NCBI GenBank assembly: GCA_022813965.1 | Contig: JALDZS010000020.1 | Coordinates: 183,639-203,638 of the forward strand | DNA length: 20,000 bases | Source: Toensbergia leucococca | Lineage: Eukaryota | Direction of reading: 5' to 3' | Shown: positions 18,937 through 20,000 of the stretch, in pieces | How positions within the stretch are numbered: position 1 is the first letter of the stretch | Layout: the number at the start of each line of letters is the position of its first letter | Translations under genes and position numbers: made by a program | Notes under the pieces: model-generated | What the model was told of the DNA's origin: nothing | The model's database searches: none | What the model saw: only the letters and a program-made list of their open reading frames with translations

Positions 18937-20000
18937 CTAATACACATAACGGTAATGCATGTTCTGCTTGTCTGTTTTACCGCCCCATGCTTCTGCGTCA
19001 GTTACTTCTACTCCGCTAGGGACTTGATGAGTGTTTCCCACTGAGTCTACTGTAATCTCAGCATCTCTTCGCCTATTCTCATAGACATAGTACAAGTAAA
19101 GTACAAATGTCACAATAGCCGCAGCTGCCTGTGTTGCAAGCACTGCAATCTTTGCAGGGTGGTAGCTTGGTGCGTCCTTGGCTTGGAAAGTCTGTGGGCC
19201 TATAATATTACCAATTGAGAAAGAGCCTGCAACGGCAGCGCTAGCAAAAACCCTTTTAGTCTGACCAGCACAGTTGGCAGCAGTCCAGTGGTAGATGATA
19301 GGGAGTGGAGCAACAATGGCGTTGACGAGATAGATGCCAATGAGAATGCCAGCGGTGTCTTTTTTTAGGTAAGAATGACATCAATCCACCCCCAATAATC
19401 CCAGGCACGCTGCACATAGCAATCCAGGCCCAGCGGTAGGATCTGCGGCGAACGCCAAAGCCAACCAGGAGGGTGAAGAAGATACTGACAATACCGGATG
19501 GTATGTTGAGTGCAGCGTTTTGGGAGCTGAATCCGAGGGACTTGATGAGGGTTGGCAGAGTAGGTTGTCACCACACCGCTAGAGACAGATTGCTGGGTTT
19601 CGTGAGTTCAAGAGTATTCTCACGCTAAAACAAAGGCTAGGATACCAACCAAGATCGTGATGAGAACCAGAAGCCAAATCTGGATATCGCGGAAAGCTTC
19701 CCAGACCTGAGACCATTGGAAACATTTGTTTTCAATACCTGTCTGGTTTACACTTACATGCTTGAGAAGCATAAATTTTTCCTCTTCAGAGAGAAACTTG
19801 GCCTTCATTGGTGTATCAGGTAGGTAAAGTGCGGTGCCAAGTCCGATGATAATCGTCACAAACCCAAGCACAATAAACATGACCCTCTAGCCGGCAATGA
19901 CGTCGTGCTTGATGTGTTGGAAGGCAAATGACAACAGTCCACCGACTATCTGACCAAGGCCCAGGCCTAGGTACCAGAAAGTGAATCGAGGCGCTTGCTC
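18937..20000 (-). pseudogene. MFS transporter of the anion:cation symporter / allantoate permease (Dal5-like) family, disrupted; 5' end outside window
   Basis: EQAPRFTFWYLGLGLGQIVGGLLSFAFQH...IAG*RVMFIVLG...LPDTPMKAKFLSEEEK...|QSVSSGVVTTYSA/TLIKSLGF...NIPSG...GLMSFLPKK/DTAGILIGIYLVN...ANCAGQTKR...IGNIIGPQTFQAKDAPSY...ENRRRD...TDKQNMHYRYVY*. In-frame TAG at 19889-19887; +1 frameshifts at ~19552 and in the T7 run at 19360-19366. Confidence 0.85.

Overview
Intron-rich fungal (filamentous ascomycete; inferred) genomic DNA with three zones. Left (1-4 kb): the 5' part of a Yck1/2-Cki1-type casein kinase I (-) and a 12-exon short-chain dehydrogenase (+). Centre (5-15 kb): a candidate organosulfur-oxidation cluster. 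It holds a single gene fusing an MDR/enoyl-reductase-like domain to an SfnG-like dimethylsulfone monooxygenase domain (-), and on + a GPR1/FUN34/YaaH (AlcS-like) transporter, a DszC/SfnB/MsuC-type monooxygenase, a class B FMO ending in -PRL, and an Hv1 proton channel. No classical flavin reductase is visible, so the fused MDR domain may fill that role (hypothesis). Right (16-20 kb): a decaying block on - with an FAD monooxygenase carrying a broken splice acceptor, a 5'-truncated methyltransferase ending at a 39-bp fold-back inverted repeat, and an allantoate-permease-type MFS pseudogene (one nonsense codon, two frameshifts). Relics of one MITE-like repeat family lie in three intergenic regions. 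Exon structures were read by eye and family assignments come from recognised motifs, not database searches.
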